Shown in pieces: positions 17,368 to 26,851 of a DNA stretch of 42,438 nucleotides. A program made the position numbers and the translations under genes. Numbering within the stretch: position 1 is the stretch's first letter; each line of letters begins with the position of its first letter. The notes beneath the pieces were generated by a model, which was given only the letters and a program-made list of their open reading frames with translations, was not told the DNA's origin and searched no databases. Source of the DNA: Chlamydiia bacterium (lineage in GTDB: Bacteria; Chlamydiota; Chlamydiia; Chlamydiales; JBMOFD01); NCBI GenBank assembly GCA_049314435.1, contig JBMOFD010000006.1, forward strand, positions 1-42,438. Direction: 5' to 3'.

Positions 17368-19485
17368 CTATTTTTGGAGATTTCGAGATCGCAGCTCTTT
17401 TAAAAAGTTCCACCACCCCGCATCAAAAACCAGGTCGTGCATCCCTAATAACAAGTCCGACTCAGCCTCAGGAGAGCTATATGTTGTAAGAGAGGGGTCG
17501 TCGACATCGGGAAATTGATCGAGAAGCTCCTCTAGTTCCTGAACCACCATATCTATCGAGATCTCAGGAACCTGGGGACCGAGTCTTTTGTCTGGAAGGA
17601 AACTGCGTCGAATATGGCACGGCTCGGTCATCCTCATTTGATCTATGAGCCGACCGCACTGAGAATTGTAGGGAGCAGTCATCCGCTCCAAGAGCAGCCC
17701 ATATTCAAGAGCGATCTTCTGCATGGGGTCTGAAAGCCCCTGAGGATTCCTCACCGCGTCGAGAACAGAGCCCCACCATGCGGTGTACTCATGGGCAAAT
17801 ATTGATGTAGTCTGGAGCGTGTAGCTTGGGACGCTTGAGGTGCCTTTCCCAGCTTCGGTGTGTCCACATGCCAAGAAATCGGCAGCTGGGTGGTGGCGGG
17901 CGGAGCCGTTGGTCTGACTAGATAGGGGTGTTGGTGATGAGGTTTCAGCTGAGAGGGGTTCTACGTAACCAGGTTTTTCATCCATCATTACCGGAGAGTC
18001 GATCAACTGATTGAACTTTGCGATATAGGGGGTTCTGGAAACGCCCCTGGCCTTGAGCCACAAGCATAGTCCGCCCAATACGCCTAAACTGTGGATCTCA
18101 ATGAGATGACGCTGTGTTGTAGGGTAACATCTATCCGATAGGCGGTACCCGGGGATCTTAAGAGGCCATTCCATTACGAGGCAGGGCTCGTTGAGGCGAC
18201 GTCCATAGGGGGTGGCGTCGGCGGCCTCGTTCGTAAGACCGGCCACGTCATCGGGAGTGAAGTCCCAACAGCTGCGGTATCCAAGAGAATCGCTGGATCG
18301 ACCATGGCCGGAAATCCCCCGCACTAACGAACTGGGATGGGCTTCGGCATGCTCATGTTGACGGAGTTCTAGAAGATACCAGAGAGGGGTGAAAATGACC
18401 GTACGCTGCCCTGTAGGGCCAAGATCATCGTCTGCAGTGATTGTCTCAGTGTCACAGAAATGGCTTGGTTCGACCATGAAATTGCCAGCGGACATATCCC
18501 AGGCACTGTAGCCATTAATGAATAGTTTCTGCAGGATCTTGGCCATTCTCAAATGTTCTTCGATCGCAATATAGAGCTTGATGGCGCAGGTTCCAGATTC
18601 CCCTACGGTATCGACAATAGGACACCTCGGGATGGCTGCTTCAATGATGGCGCCCAAGTCATATGCATTGCACAAGGCTTGGTGAACCAGGTAACCCGGT
18701 CTGCCTTGCTTGTTGTAGGTGTGAGTTTGCTCATTCCAACAATTGATCCAATGCAGCTGTCCGATAGCGCATCGATCGCCCAAGATGCCTTGGCGCTGAA
18801 AGAGCACCTGCTTTTCGTGCTTCTCTTGAAACTCCTGGATCGCGAGCTCAGCGCGGGGACTTTTTAGGACGGCCTTCCTTAGAGTCATCAGGGTCATACT
18901 GTGATAGACACATTCTCGGGTGAGAACGATCAATGACATGGCCCGTGATTGACGACCGTAACTCTCTTGCTTGGATTGGGTGATGCGGATGGCCAGCCAG
19001 TTCTCCGTGACAAAGAGGCTATTTTTCTTTGTTCTTTGCTGCCAGAGGGATCCAAGGAGATGATGAAGGGGGAGATAGCGAGCGCTCTGTGAAATGGGGA
19101 TAAAACTTCCTGATACGCGACCTGTAAGCTCTCGTTGAGAGGACAGGTGCGTCGCGATAGCTTGGAATAGCTTTTCAACATGGGGTCTCCAATGGGAACT
19201 TATCCATCGGGCCGAGGTGCTAGGGAACGGGAGTGTGCCTTCCTCCAAAAAAGCTGGAGCTTGGCCCATAGATTGAGCGACATGTTCATCTTCAGCCAGA
19301 CGGGCGGCTCTTTTGATTGTGTCTCGTTCCGCTTCAATGACCGCCTGGTGCCTAACGAGGCCCGCTATTTCGCTCATGCGCATTTTGTGCAGTCTCCATA
19401 CACCGCTTGGGCGCCGCCTTGCAGAAGTGCTCGGGAAACCCAGCCGATTGCGCCTTATCTCATGGGCGGTGGAGATAGTATTCAT
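17368..19485 (-). CDS. Large orphan protein with degenerate protein-kinase-like motifs
   Basis: 705-aa ORF containing GYSAWDMSAGNFMV (catalytic-loop-like), ADDDLG, EIHSLGV and LLLERMT. Start uncertain. Confidence 0.6.
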   Translation of the reverse strand: MNTISTAHEIRRNRLGFPSTSARRRPSGVWRLHKMRMSEIAGLVRHQAVIEAERDTIKRAARLAEDEHVAQSMGQAPAFLEEGTLPFPSTSARWISSHWRPHVEKLFQAIATHLSSQRELTGRVSGSFIPISQSARYLPLHHLLGSLWQQRTKKNSLFVTENWLAIRITQSKQESYGRQSRAMSLIVLTRECVYHSMTLMTLRKAVLKSPRAELAIQEFQEKHEKQVLFQRQGILGDRCAIGQLHWINCWNEQTHTYNKQGRPGYLVHQALCNAYDLGAIIEAAIPRCPIVDTVGESGTCAIKLYIAIEEHLRMAKILQKLFINGYSAWDMSAGNFMVEPSHFCDTETITADDDLGPTGQRTVIFTPLWYLLELRQHEHAEAHPSSLVRGISGHGRSSDSLGYRSCWDFTPDDVAGLTNEAADATPYGRRLNEPCLVMEWPLKIPGYRLSDRCYPTTQRHLIEIHSLGVLGGLCLWLKARGVSRTPYIAKFNQLIDSPVMMDEKPGYVEPLSAETSSPTPLSSQTNGSARHHPAADFLACGHTEAGKGTSSVPSYTLQTTSIFAHEYTAWWGSVLDAVRNPQGLSDPMQKIALEYGLLLERMTAPYNSQCGRLIDQMRMTEPCHIRRSFLPDKRLGPQVPEISIDMVVQELEELLDQFPDVDDPSLTTYSSPEAESDLLLGMHDLVFDAGWWNFLKELRSRNLQK

Positions 19486-19697
19486 CGAAGTCGAAAGATA
19501 TTCAACTGATCTGTGCTGGAGAATACTAGATCGAGTGGGCCCGCCAGTTTGAACTATTCCCTCAATATGTAACGTATCGAGAACTTGGCGGTGTCACGAG
19601 AGAGGGAGCCTCGTCAGGAGCATCGTGGTCCTTGCAACATGCATCGATTCTGTTTTAGCCTGCTAAGAGACAATCCATCATCAGCCCTTGAGAGAAT

Positions 19698-20051
19698 ATG
19701 CGTTGGTTTTTACCCCTGCTAACTGTGACTGCCCCCTTGATGGCAGACGAGCAAACTATAGCGGAGATGGTTCAGAATCCTGAGAGCAATTTGATGCAGA
19801 CTCTGGTCCTGATCGCCATCATGGCGGCCTTCTTCTACTTCGTGATGTACCGGCCCGAGAAGAAGCGACGTGCGCTATTGGAAGGGCAGAGAGCTGCCAT
19901 GAAGATCGGGGATCGCGTGGTTGCGGTAGGGATCGTCGGAACGGTCGATCGCATCGATGAAAAGACCGTGATCCTAAAAATGGTCGACGGGGGCAAGATC
20001 GAGGTGTTGAAGGCAGCGATCACCGAAGTCATAGCAACTCCTGACGCCTAA
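19698..20051 (+). CDS. yajC: Preprotein translocase subunit YajC
   Basis: FFYFVMYRPEKKRR...MKIGDRVVAVGIVGTV...KAAI. Confidence 0.95.
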   Translation: MRWFLPLLTVTAPLMADEQTIAEMVQNPESNLMQTLVLIAIMAAFFYFVMYRPEKKRRALLEGQRAAMKIGDRVVAVGIVGTVDRIDEKTVILKMVDGGKIEVLKAAITEVIATPDA

Positions 20052-20056
20052 ATAGA

Positions 20057-20093
20057 AAGAGGGCTGCATCGCGTTAGCGCGAGCAGCCCTCTT
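20057..20093. terminator. Probable bidirectional terminator between yajC and the NSS transporter
   Basis: AAGAGGGCTGC(A)TCGCG-ttag-CGCGAGCAGCCCTCTT. Confidence 0.7.
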
Positions 20094-20099
20094 CTTGCA

Positions 20100-21488
20100 T
20101 TAGACGCTCTGACTTTGCATCAGGGCGTTGAAGTTGATGATGCCCGCCTGGTCCATGATCACCAAGATGATCGCCACGGGGGCTACCCAGCGGATCACAA
20201 AGCGCCAGGGTTGGAATAGCCAGCCCCAGCCAGTTCCCTTCATGAATTCACTCTTCAAGACACAGGGATCGAGGAACCATCCAGCGAAGATCGTGATGAA
20301 GAGACCTCCGAGAGGGAGGAGCCAATTCGAGGCCACAAAGTTCATTGTACCGAAGAAATCGCGCCCATACATCGATGTCCATGATGTAAACATGCCCCCA
20401 CTGCCGCTGAGAGCGGAGGGGATGCCTACTACAAACGCCCCCAGGCCACAGAGAACCACAGCTTTTCGACGACTCCAGTCGTAGATCTCGATGCTGTTCG
20501 CGACCACAGTCTCTAGAAGGGAGACTGACGAGGTAAGCGCGGTGAAGACCACCAGCATGAAGAAGACGGTCGAGAGGATCATCGCACCAGGTAGCTGTGC
20601 AAAGAGCACAGGCAGTGTCTTGAAGACGAGTCCAGGGCCGCCTTCCGGCGCGAACCCAAAGGTGAAGATGATCGGGAAGATCACAAGGGCCGCCACGAGC
20701 GAAACGAGCGTCGTCATGATCGCTACCTGCACAGCTGTCCGTGGGATATCATCCTCAGGACGCATGTAGCTACCGTATGTGATCAAAATCCCGAGACCCA
20801 CACTGAGCGTGAAGAACGAAAGCCCGAGAGCGCTCAGGACGCCATTGGGCGAGAGTTTAGAAAAGTCAGGAGCGAACACAAAATGGAGTGCTTGCATGAA
20901 TCCATCCAGCGTGACGGTGTAAGCAAACAGCCCTACCAGCATCACAAAGAGAACGGGCATCAAGATCTTGTTCCAGTGCTCAATCCCTTTACGCACTCCG
21001 CCAATGACGACACCGATGTTGAGCGCCATGAAGAGAGAGTGCCACAGGATCTGGATGTCTCCGCTCTGATAGAGCGTATCAAAGACTCCGCGGATCTGGT
21101 CAGCTGATTTCCCGACCATGAAGGAGTTGAGGCCTAGCAGTGCATAGTTCATGCCCCATCCGGCTACAACCGAGTAGAAGGAGAGGATGAGGAAGCAGGC
21201 CCCCACGTTGAGCCAGCCTACCAGCCGCCAGTTGGGGCTGTGATGGGAGAGATCCTCGAAGGTTCCCACTGGGCCCCGCTGAGCGCGGCGGCCTAGAAGT
21301 ACTTCAGCAATGAAGACCGGAATGCCGATGAACAGGGAGAAGGCCAGATAGAGCAGGACAAAGACACCGCCCCCGTTTTGGCCCGTGACGTATGGGAACT
21401 GCCAGAGACTCCCGAGCCCTACAGCGGAGCCGGCGGTCGCTAGCACGAGACCTAATTTTGTCCCCCAGTGCTCGCGTGGTTTATTCAT
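20100..21488 (-). CDS. Sodium-dependent transporter, NSS/SNF family (amino acid uptake)
   Basis: REHWGTKLG...AGSAVGLGSLWQFPY...NGGG, FFTLSVG.G..ITYGSY, GPGLVF. Confidence 0.95.
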   Translation of the reverse strand: MNKPREHWGTKLGLVLATAGSAVGLGSLWQFPYVTGQNGGGVFVLLYLAFSLFIGIPVFIAEVLLGRRAQRGPVGTFEDLSHHSPNWRLVGWLNVGACFLILSFYSVVAGWGMNYALLGLNSFMVGKSADQIRGVFDTLYQSGDIQILWHSLFMALNIGVVIGGVRKGIEHWNKILMPVLFVMLVGLFAYTVTLDGFMQALHFVFAPDFSKLSPNGVLSALGLSFFTLSVGLGILITYGSYMRPEDDIPRTAVQVAIMTTLVSLVAALVIFPIIFTFGFAPEGGPGLVFKTLPVLFAQLPGAMILSTVFFMLVVFTALTSSVSLLETVVANSIEIYDWSRRKAVVLCGLGAFVVGIPSALSGSGGMFTSWTSMYGRDFFGTMNFVASNWLLPLGGLFITIFAGWFLDPCVLKSEFMKGTGWGWLFQPWRFVIRWVAPVAIILVIMDQAGIINFNALMQSQSV

Positions 21489-21632
21489 ACAAAACCTGAA
21501 AAAATGAAAAGGTACCCCCGTAGTTTATTCAATAAAACAGCGTGCCGTCAATTGATGAGATTCAGAAAGAGGGGTTGTGGTGCCAAAGAGGCTGGAATCG
21601 GAGCCGATTCCAGCCTGTCGATAGGAGAATCC

Positions 21633-22799
21633 CTAAGGCCTCGCTGGCTGAGCTGGTTCCTTAGAATTCTTCAGCCAACGACTGAGGATCATGGCAAACG
21701 CTCCATTACCGAGGACGTTGGCGGAGGTGATGAGAGGGTCGAGCAAGATATAGAGCGCGGTGATGAGCGAGAGCATGTCGGCATTGAAGCCCAGGTAGCT
21801 TTCCAGGATAGGCAACATCACCAGGATTCCTCCGCCGGGGACAGCGGCTACGGAGAATTTAGCGAGGACGAAGTAGAGCGCAAACTGCAGGTACCCGATC
21901 AGGGAGGGTTCCGGTACACCAAAGCCCTTCATCAACATGAAGGCCAAGATCGGGATGGCGAAGCAGTCCCCGATGAGGTGGATGTTGACGGTGACGGGAA
22001 TGATCGAGGTAGCCAGCTCAGGATCTCGAGCATTCTTCTCGGTGCCAATCAGAGTCAGAGGCATCGCCGCTGCACTGGACATGCTCCCAAATCCAGCAAT
22101 GGCAGCAGGCAACATGTGACCTAGGCTGCGGAGGCTGGCGCGCCACTTAAAGCTGTTGGCCACGAGATAGAGCCAACCAATATAGAGGGCGAGCGAGAGG
22201 GCAATGAGGGCCACCACGGCAAAATTCTGCCGAAGAAGGGCGCCTAAAATTCCCTCATGCAACATGCGGACCACAAACCCAGTGAGGAAGAAGGGGATGA
22301 TCCAGAGCAGTCCCTTCAGGATCAGGCCGACACCCCGATCCATCCAGAGTGAGAGTCTCTCCGCAAGCGCGGGACGTCGCCATGCGCAGAGAATGCCGCC
22401 AATGAGACCAGAGACCAGGGCATAGCGGTTGTCGATCCAGTTGGGGAAGGAGATTTCGCCGATCGGCAGCAGAGCGTCGCTCTGATGCAGGGAGGGGAGG
22501 ACCATGGGGAGATGGTAGGCCACGGTGCCGACCCCATAGCTGAGTAGAGTGGAGAGTAGATTGGAGAGGCACACAGCGGCCACAATCCAGAGGATCCACT
22601 TCGAAGCGGTCTTGGCAATGCGGACTGAGGCTTTGAAGATCAGTCCAAAAATCAAGAAGGGGAGGGCCGCGAGGATCAGCGACTTCAAAGAGAGGCTCAT
22701 CCCGTAGAGGAGAGATTTCCCATAGAGGGGGAGCCACGGATCTGCGATGGCAGCCACGCAGATCAGGGCACACAGGAGAAAAGGCATTTTGCGAAACAT
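21633..22799 (-). CDS. Dicarboxylate/amino acid:cation symporter (DAACS, SstT-like), candidate Thr/Ser importer
   Basis: SMSSAAAMP, AAVPGGG and LDPLITSANVLGN are DAACS motifs. Substrate inferred from the upstream leader peptide. Confidence 0.88.
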   Translation of the reverse strand: MFRKMPFLLCALICVAAIADPWLPLYGKSLLYGMSLSLKSLILAALPFLIFGLIFKASVRIAKTASKWILWIVAAVCLSNLLSTLLSYGVGTVAYHLPMVLPSLHQSDALLPIGEISFPNWIDNRYALVSGLIGGILCAWRRPALAERLSLWMDRGVGLILKGLLWIIPFFLTGFVVRMLHEGILGALLRQNFAVVALIALSLALYIGWLYLVANSFKWRASLRSLGHMLPAAIAGFGSMSSAAAMPLTLIGTEKNARDPELATSIIPVTVNIHLIGDCFAIPILAFMLMKGFGVPEPSLIGYLQFALYFVLAKFSVAAVPGGGILVMLPILESYLGFNADMLSLITALYILLDPLITSANVLGNGAFAMILSRWLKNSKEPAQPARP

Positions 22800-22944
22800 G
22801 GTCTTTCCATATTGGACTAACAGTCTTGGAGGGATCTCGGCCTACCACTGATCTTGTCGGTCAGAGGAGCTGAGGCAGTATCTAGAGACAGCGTTTCGCT
22901 AGGTTCTCAAGGGGTGTTCGTGGCGTGTAAGAAAAAAGAAGAAT

Positions 22945-23019
22945 TTACCGACCGATGTCGGTCGTCGTCGTGGTGAATAGGGAAGTGGTGATCGTTGTTT
23001 CAACGACTCGAAGCCACAT
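22945..23019 (-). CDS. Putative Thr-rich attenuator leader peptide MWLRVVETTITTSLFTTTTTDIGR
   Basis: GGAGGAG RBS 5 nt before the ATG; 9 Thr codons using all four ACN; ends 145 nt before the DAACS start. Confidence 0.75.
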   Translation of the reverse strand: MWLRVVETTITTSLFTTTTTDIGR

Positions 23020-23040
23020 GGAAACTCCTCCGTATCTCCC

Positions 23041-23069
23041 ATTGTCCTTCAATGGAGAGAACATCTCAA
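23041..23069 (-). promoter_or_regulatory. Putative sigma66 promoter for the leader peptide/DAACS transcript
   Basis: TTGAGA-N17-GACAAT ending 22 nt upstream of the leader ATG. Confidence 0.55.
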
Positions 23070-23103
23070 GGCAAGCATCTGATTGTGCTGTTGAAAGCCA
23101 GCG

Positions 23104-23152
23104 TCTCTTCCGCATAAAACCTATCAAAATGATAGGTTTTATGCGGAAGAGA
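23104..23152. repeat. Perfect 23-bp inverted repeat with 3-nt spacer
   Basis: TCTCTTCCGCATAAAACCTATCA-aaa-TGATAGGTTTTATGCGGAAGAGA. Confidence 0.95.
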
Positions 23153-23375
23153 GCCTAGTTCAACTCAGGACTATGAAGGTGAAGACAGGACATGGGAAGT
23201 GGTGCGAAAGACCGGCCATGAGATGGCAGAGGCCAAAAGAATCAGTGTCCGCTCTCCCAAAATCCCAGATCTCATGGAGTCCAACCTTCAATTGCACTCC
23301 AACCTGGTTCTTGGATTGAGCAGAAGCACCCATTGAGCTAACAATGGGCGGGAACCCACTCGCTCCAAGAGGCCT

Positions 23376-24989
23376 ATGCGGATCGCACTTGCTCAACTGA
23401 ATCCCATCATTGGAGATCTCGAGGGGAACCAAAAGGCCATTCGCGAGGCGATCCGGCAGGCGAAGGCAGCTCATGCTGACATCGTAGTCACGCCTGAACT
23501 CGCGATCTGTGGCTATCCGCCACAGGACTTTGTGCAGCAGGCCCATTTTGTTGCGCAGGCCGCGGCGGCCGCTCGAGCGTTGGAAGCGGAGAGTTCAGGG
23601 ATCCTTCTCGCGGTAGGCACGATACGTATGGGACCTGGCACGAAGCCCGTGCGCAATAGTGCCGCAATCTTCATGGACGGGGTATTCCATGGCTACGCCG
23701 ACAAGATGCTTCTCCCTACTTACGATGTGTTTGATGAGGCTCGCTACTTTGCGGAGGGCTCAGATCCCTATTTGGTGACCTGGCGAGGTCATCGGGTGGC
23801 GATTACGATCTGCGAGGACATCTGGGGACATGCAGGACGGGTGCAGACTCGCTATGCGCGCGATCCGGTCGAGGAACTCGCCAGGATGAGCCCCAACCTC
23901 TGTCTGAACCTCTCGGCAAGCCCCTTTGAGATGGGAAAAGTCGGCATCCGTGAAGAGGTGGTGTTGCGCGCTGCTCAGACGCTGCGCTGCCCAGTGGCCT
24001 ACTGCAATGCGGTGGGTGCTCAAGACATGCTGATCTTTGATGGGAGGAGCCTGCTCGTCACACCGGAGCGAGTGATCTATCGAGCACCCGCTTTTGAAGA
24101 GGGCACTTTCGTAACAGGGCTACATCCTCCGCATGGTGAAACGATCTTAATAGATCACCCAGTCGAAGAGGTCTACCATGCTCTGGTGTTGGGCATCCGC
24201 GACTTTTGTCGGAAGCAGAACCTCCACACGGCCATCATAGGGGTGAGTGGCGGGATCGACTCAGCTGTCGTGTTGGCCCTGGCAGTGGACGCACTGGGCC
24301 CTGAGGCTGTCTTTGGGGTCTTCATGCCGAGTGAGGTCACCAGTCCTCTTTCCTATCAGTGCGTTCGAGATCTCTTTGACAAGATTCCCTGTCAGCAGCG
24401 TGAAATGCGTATAGATGGACCCTTAGATGCTTTTGGGGAACTTCTGCATGAGGACATGGTGGGGCTGGTCCGAGAAAATGTGCAGGCAAGGATTCGTGGT
24501 GTGCTGCTGATGGCTCTGGCGAATCGCCTTGCAGGGATCGTTCTGAGTACAGGGAACAAGTCAGAACTGGCGATGGGGTACTGCACCCTCTACGGAGATA
24601 TGGCGGGAGGACTGGCTGTTCTCGCGGATGTGCCTAAGAGCCTTGTGTACCAGTTAGCCACCTTCATCAATCGTGACAAAGAGCGCATCCCCGTAGCGAT
24701 CATCGATCGACCTCCAACGGCGGAACTACGACCCAACCAACTCGATAGCGATCAGCTGCCTCCCTACTCCCTCATCGATGAAGTCGTTGCAGCTTACCTG
24801 GAGTCGAACAAGAGCCCAGAGCGCATAGCGATCGAGCGGAACCTCAACGTGGAGCTGGTGGAGGAGATCCTTCAGCGCGTGCACCGCAATGAGTTCAAGA
24901 GGCGACAATCACCTCCAGGGCTGCGTGTTACGAGCAAGGCTTTTGGTATTGGGCGCCATTTCCCCATCGTGCAGGGTTTTTACAGGTAG
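23376..24989 (+). CDS. nadE: Glutamine-dependent NAD+ synthetase
   Basis: Nitrilase domain (PEL, K.LLPTYDVFDE.RYF, ICED) plus synthetase domain (SGGIDSA, ENVQARIRG, TGNKSE, GYCTLYGD, PPTAELRP). Confidence 0.97.
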   Translation: MRIALAQLNPIIGDLEGNQKAIREAIRQAKAAHADIVVTPELAICGYPPQDFVQQAHFVAQAAAAARALEAESSGILLAVGTIRMGPGTKPVRNSAAIFMDGVFHGYADKMLLPTYDVFDEARYFAEGSDPYLVTWRGHRVAITICEDIWGHAGRVQTRYARDPVEELARMSPNLCLNLSASPFEMGKVGIREEVVLRAAQTLRCPVAYCNAVGAQDMLIFDGRSLLVTPERVIYRAPAFEEGTFVTGLHPPHGETILIDHPVEEVYHALVLGIRDFCRKQNLHTAIIGVSGGIDSAVVLALAVDALGPEAVFGVFMPSEVTSPLSYQCVRDLFDKIPCQQREMRIDGPLDAFGELLHEDMVGLVRENVQARIRGVLLMALANRLAGIVLSTGNKSELAMGYCTLYGDMAGGLAVLADVPKSLVYQLATFINRDKERIPVAIIDRPPTAELRPNQLDSDQLPPYSLIDEVVAAYLESNKSPERIAIERNLNVELVEEILQRVHRNEFKRRQSPPGLRVTSKAFGIGRHFPIVQGFYR

Positions 24990-25028
24990 CGTATGCTCCT
25001 CCACCATCATCCAAGGTGAGGTGGGCCC

Positions 25029-25487
25029 ATGTCCGACTGTATTTTCTGTAAGATCCTCCAGCGACAGATCCCCTCGTTCCCTATTTGGGAGAACGAGGAG
25101 TTCATCGCCATCCTCGATGCGTTTCCCAATACCCCCGGCATGACGCTGATCCTCAGTAAACAGCACTACGGTTCCAACCCCTGGGCTCTGCCAGCAGGGA
25201 TGTTAGAACGTGCCATGCCAGCCGCTCGGGCTGTGGCGCAGATTCTTGAGAAAGGTCTTGGTGTGAACCGAGTCGCCATGGTGGTGGAGGGGATGGGCGT
25301 GAACCATTTTCATATTAAACTGTATCCTTTACACGGAGTCGGGGAAGAGTGGGTGCCTCATTTGCCAGAGGAGCGGCGCTACCAGACGCAATACGAGGGG
25401 TATCTGAACACCCTGCTGGGACCACCCCGTTCCGGAGAAGAGCTAGCTGCCATGCAGAAGCGCCTTGTTGCCATCGCTCCATCGTAA
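25029..25487 (+). CDS. HIT-family protein
   Basis: DCIFCKI, P.TPG.TL, and a variant histidine triad VNHFHIKLYP. Confidence 0.9.
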   Translation: MSDCIFCKILQRQIPSFPIWENEEFIAILDAFPNTPGMTLILSKQHYGSNPWALPAGMLERAMPAARAVAQILEKGLGVNRVAMVVEGMGVNHFHIKLYPLHGVGEEWVPHLPEERRYQTQYEGYLNTLLGPPRSGEELAAMQKRLVAIAPS

Positions 25488-25585
25488 AATTCACAATCGT
25501 TTTGGATAGAGCGATTTAATATAATAAATAGCTGGTTCTATATTTTAATAAATGTGTTATAGTGCCTTGTAATCAACGAGGCAAA

Positions 25586-26815
25586 ATGAGCGATATCCCA
25601 CGTGTTATGCCTACTACGAGTTCGGCATCCTCTCTGGCCGAACTTCCCATCAAGCAGTTGACCATGAGTGAGTTGACAGCGAGAGCGTCGCTCTTTGTGA
25701 AGACTGTTTTTTTGGAGGATCAGGAGTGCGGGAGCCGTTTCCGTCCCATTTCTCCGGGCTCTACCAGTCAGAGTCGAGTGACCGAGTTGTGCACAAGTTC
25801 CTCCTGCACGCCGACGAGACGCTCTTGTCTCCGGCATTCAGTAGAGAGTCCAGGGCCGTTCGGTAGTCCAGTGGAGTGTGTGAGTCGCTCCTCTGACACG
25901 TCGCCTGCACATTCTCCTGCCGCTGGGACTCCTTCAAACGAACGCCGTAGTAGGACCAGGAAGGTCATATTTGATGAGAGTCCACATGGTAGCTCCCCTA
26001 GGAGCAGCCCAGGAGCCTCTGTTCTTCTAGAGAGCCCTGAACGAGCAGGTACACCGGTGGTGGAAGGCGAAGTCATTGAAGGGAAGCGGCTCTTTGAGCA
26101 CCTGCGTCTTGAGTTAGAGGGCGTTGTGGAAGAGTTGTATAGCATCTCACAAGCAGAGGCCTATTCGATGGTGTCTCCTCCAGAGAAAGGGCGGATCTTT
26201 GTTCAGTTTGCGACGGGGTTCCGTAAGTACAAATTCAGTGCTACGCGGGCTGAATTGCAGAAGCAGATCAAGGAGAACTATGGGAACGGGGTTTCAGATG
26301 ACAATCTCGTGGCGATCAAAGCGGACTACCAGATTTGGACCCAGATGCTTGAGGCGGTGACGTCCACTCTACAGTGGATCAGCCTCCTCGAAGTGAGGAG
26401 AGCCCAGTATGTCGTTGGAGAGGTCTACCCACAACCCTACCAGGCTATTCTCCGCACCTTGGAGAAACGCAAGAAAACGAGCTGGATGAAGGATCTCACC
26501 ACGGATTCCAGAGGCTGTGGCATGGAGTTCAAGGTTCTTCTTCTAGACGCGGGACTCTACAGCGCCATCACGGATCTGGAGCGTCGGATTAAGCCACTCC
26601 TCCAGGAGCATGAGCGAAGCCGTTGTAAAAAAGCGCTCAGTCGGATCCTATCCGTGGATCCCGAAGGAATGCGGGCTCAGCTCTCTCCGACAGGAACCTA
26701 TGAGACATCTGCCGTGATCTCTCAGGCGAAGTGGGTGATGGAGTGCATCGCGGCTCAACCCGGCATGATGCTGCTCCCCTCGGAAGAACGTTTTGCCCTG
26801 GTCAGAAAGGGCTAG
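25586..26815 (+). CDS. Orphan protein with Ser/Pro-rich N-terminal half (putative effector)
   Basis: Long ORF with many SP/TP dipeptides followed by a helical domain; AT-rich upstream region. Confidence 0.7.
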   Translation: MSDIPRVMPTTSSASSLAELPIKQLTMSELTARASLFVKTVFLEDQECGSRFRPISPGSTSQSRVTELCTSSSCTPTRRSCLRHSVESPGPFGSPVECVSRSSDTSPAHSPAAGTPSNERRSRTRKVIFDESPHGSSPRSSPGASVLLESPERAGTPVVEGEVIEGKRLFEHLRLELEGVVEELYSISQAEAYSMVSPPEKGRIFVQFATGFRKYKFSATRAELQKQIKENYGNGVSDDNLVAIKADYQIWTQMLEAVTSTLQWISLLEVRRAQYVVGEVYPQPYQAILRTLEKRKKTSWMKDLTTDSRGCGMEFKVLLLDAGLYSAITDLERRIKPLLQEHERSRCKKALSRILSVDPEGMRAQLSPTGTYETSAVISQAKWVMECIAAQPGMMLLPSEERFALVRKG

Positions 26816-26851
26816 AAGGACATACAAGGCCTTCAAAGGAGGCCTGATTCT

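Noticed and set aside
23173..23319. 48-aa ORF with four Trp upstream of nadE as a Trp-sensing leader
   Set aside because: The Trp codons are dispersed, the RBS spacing is poor and no attenuator structure is evident.
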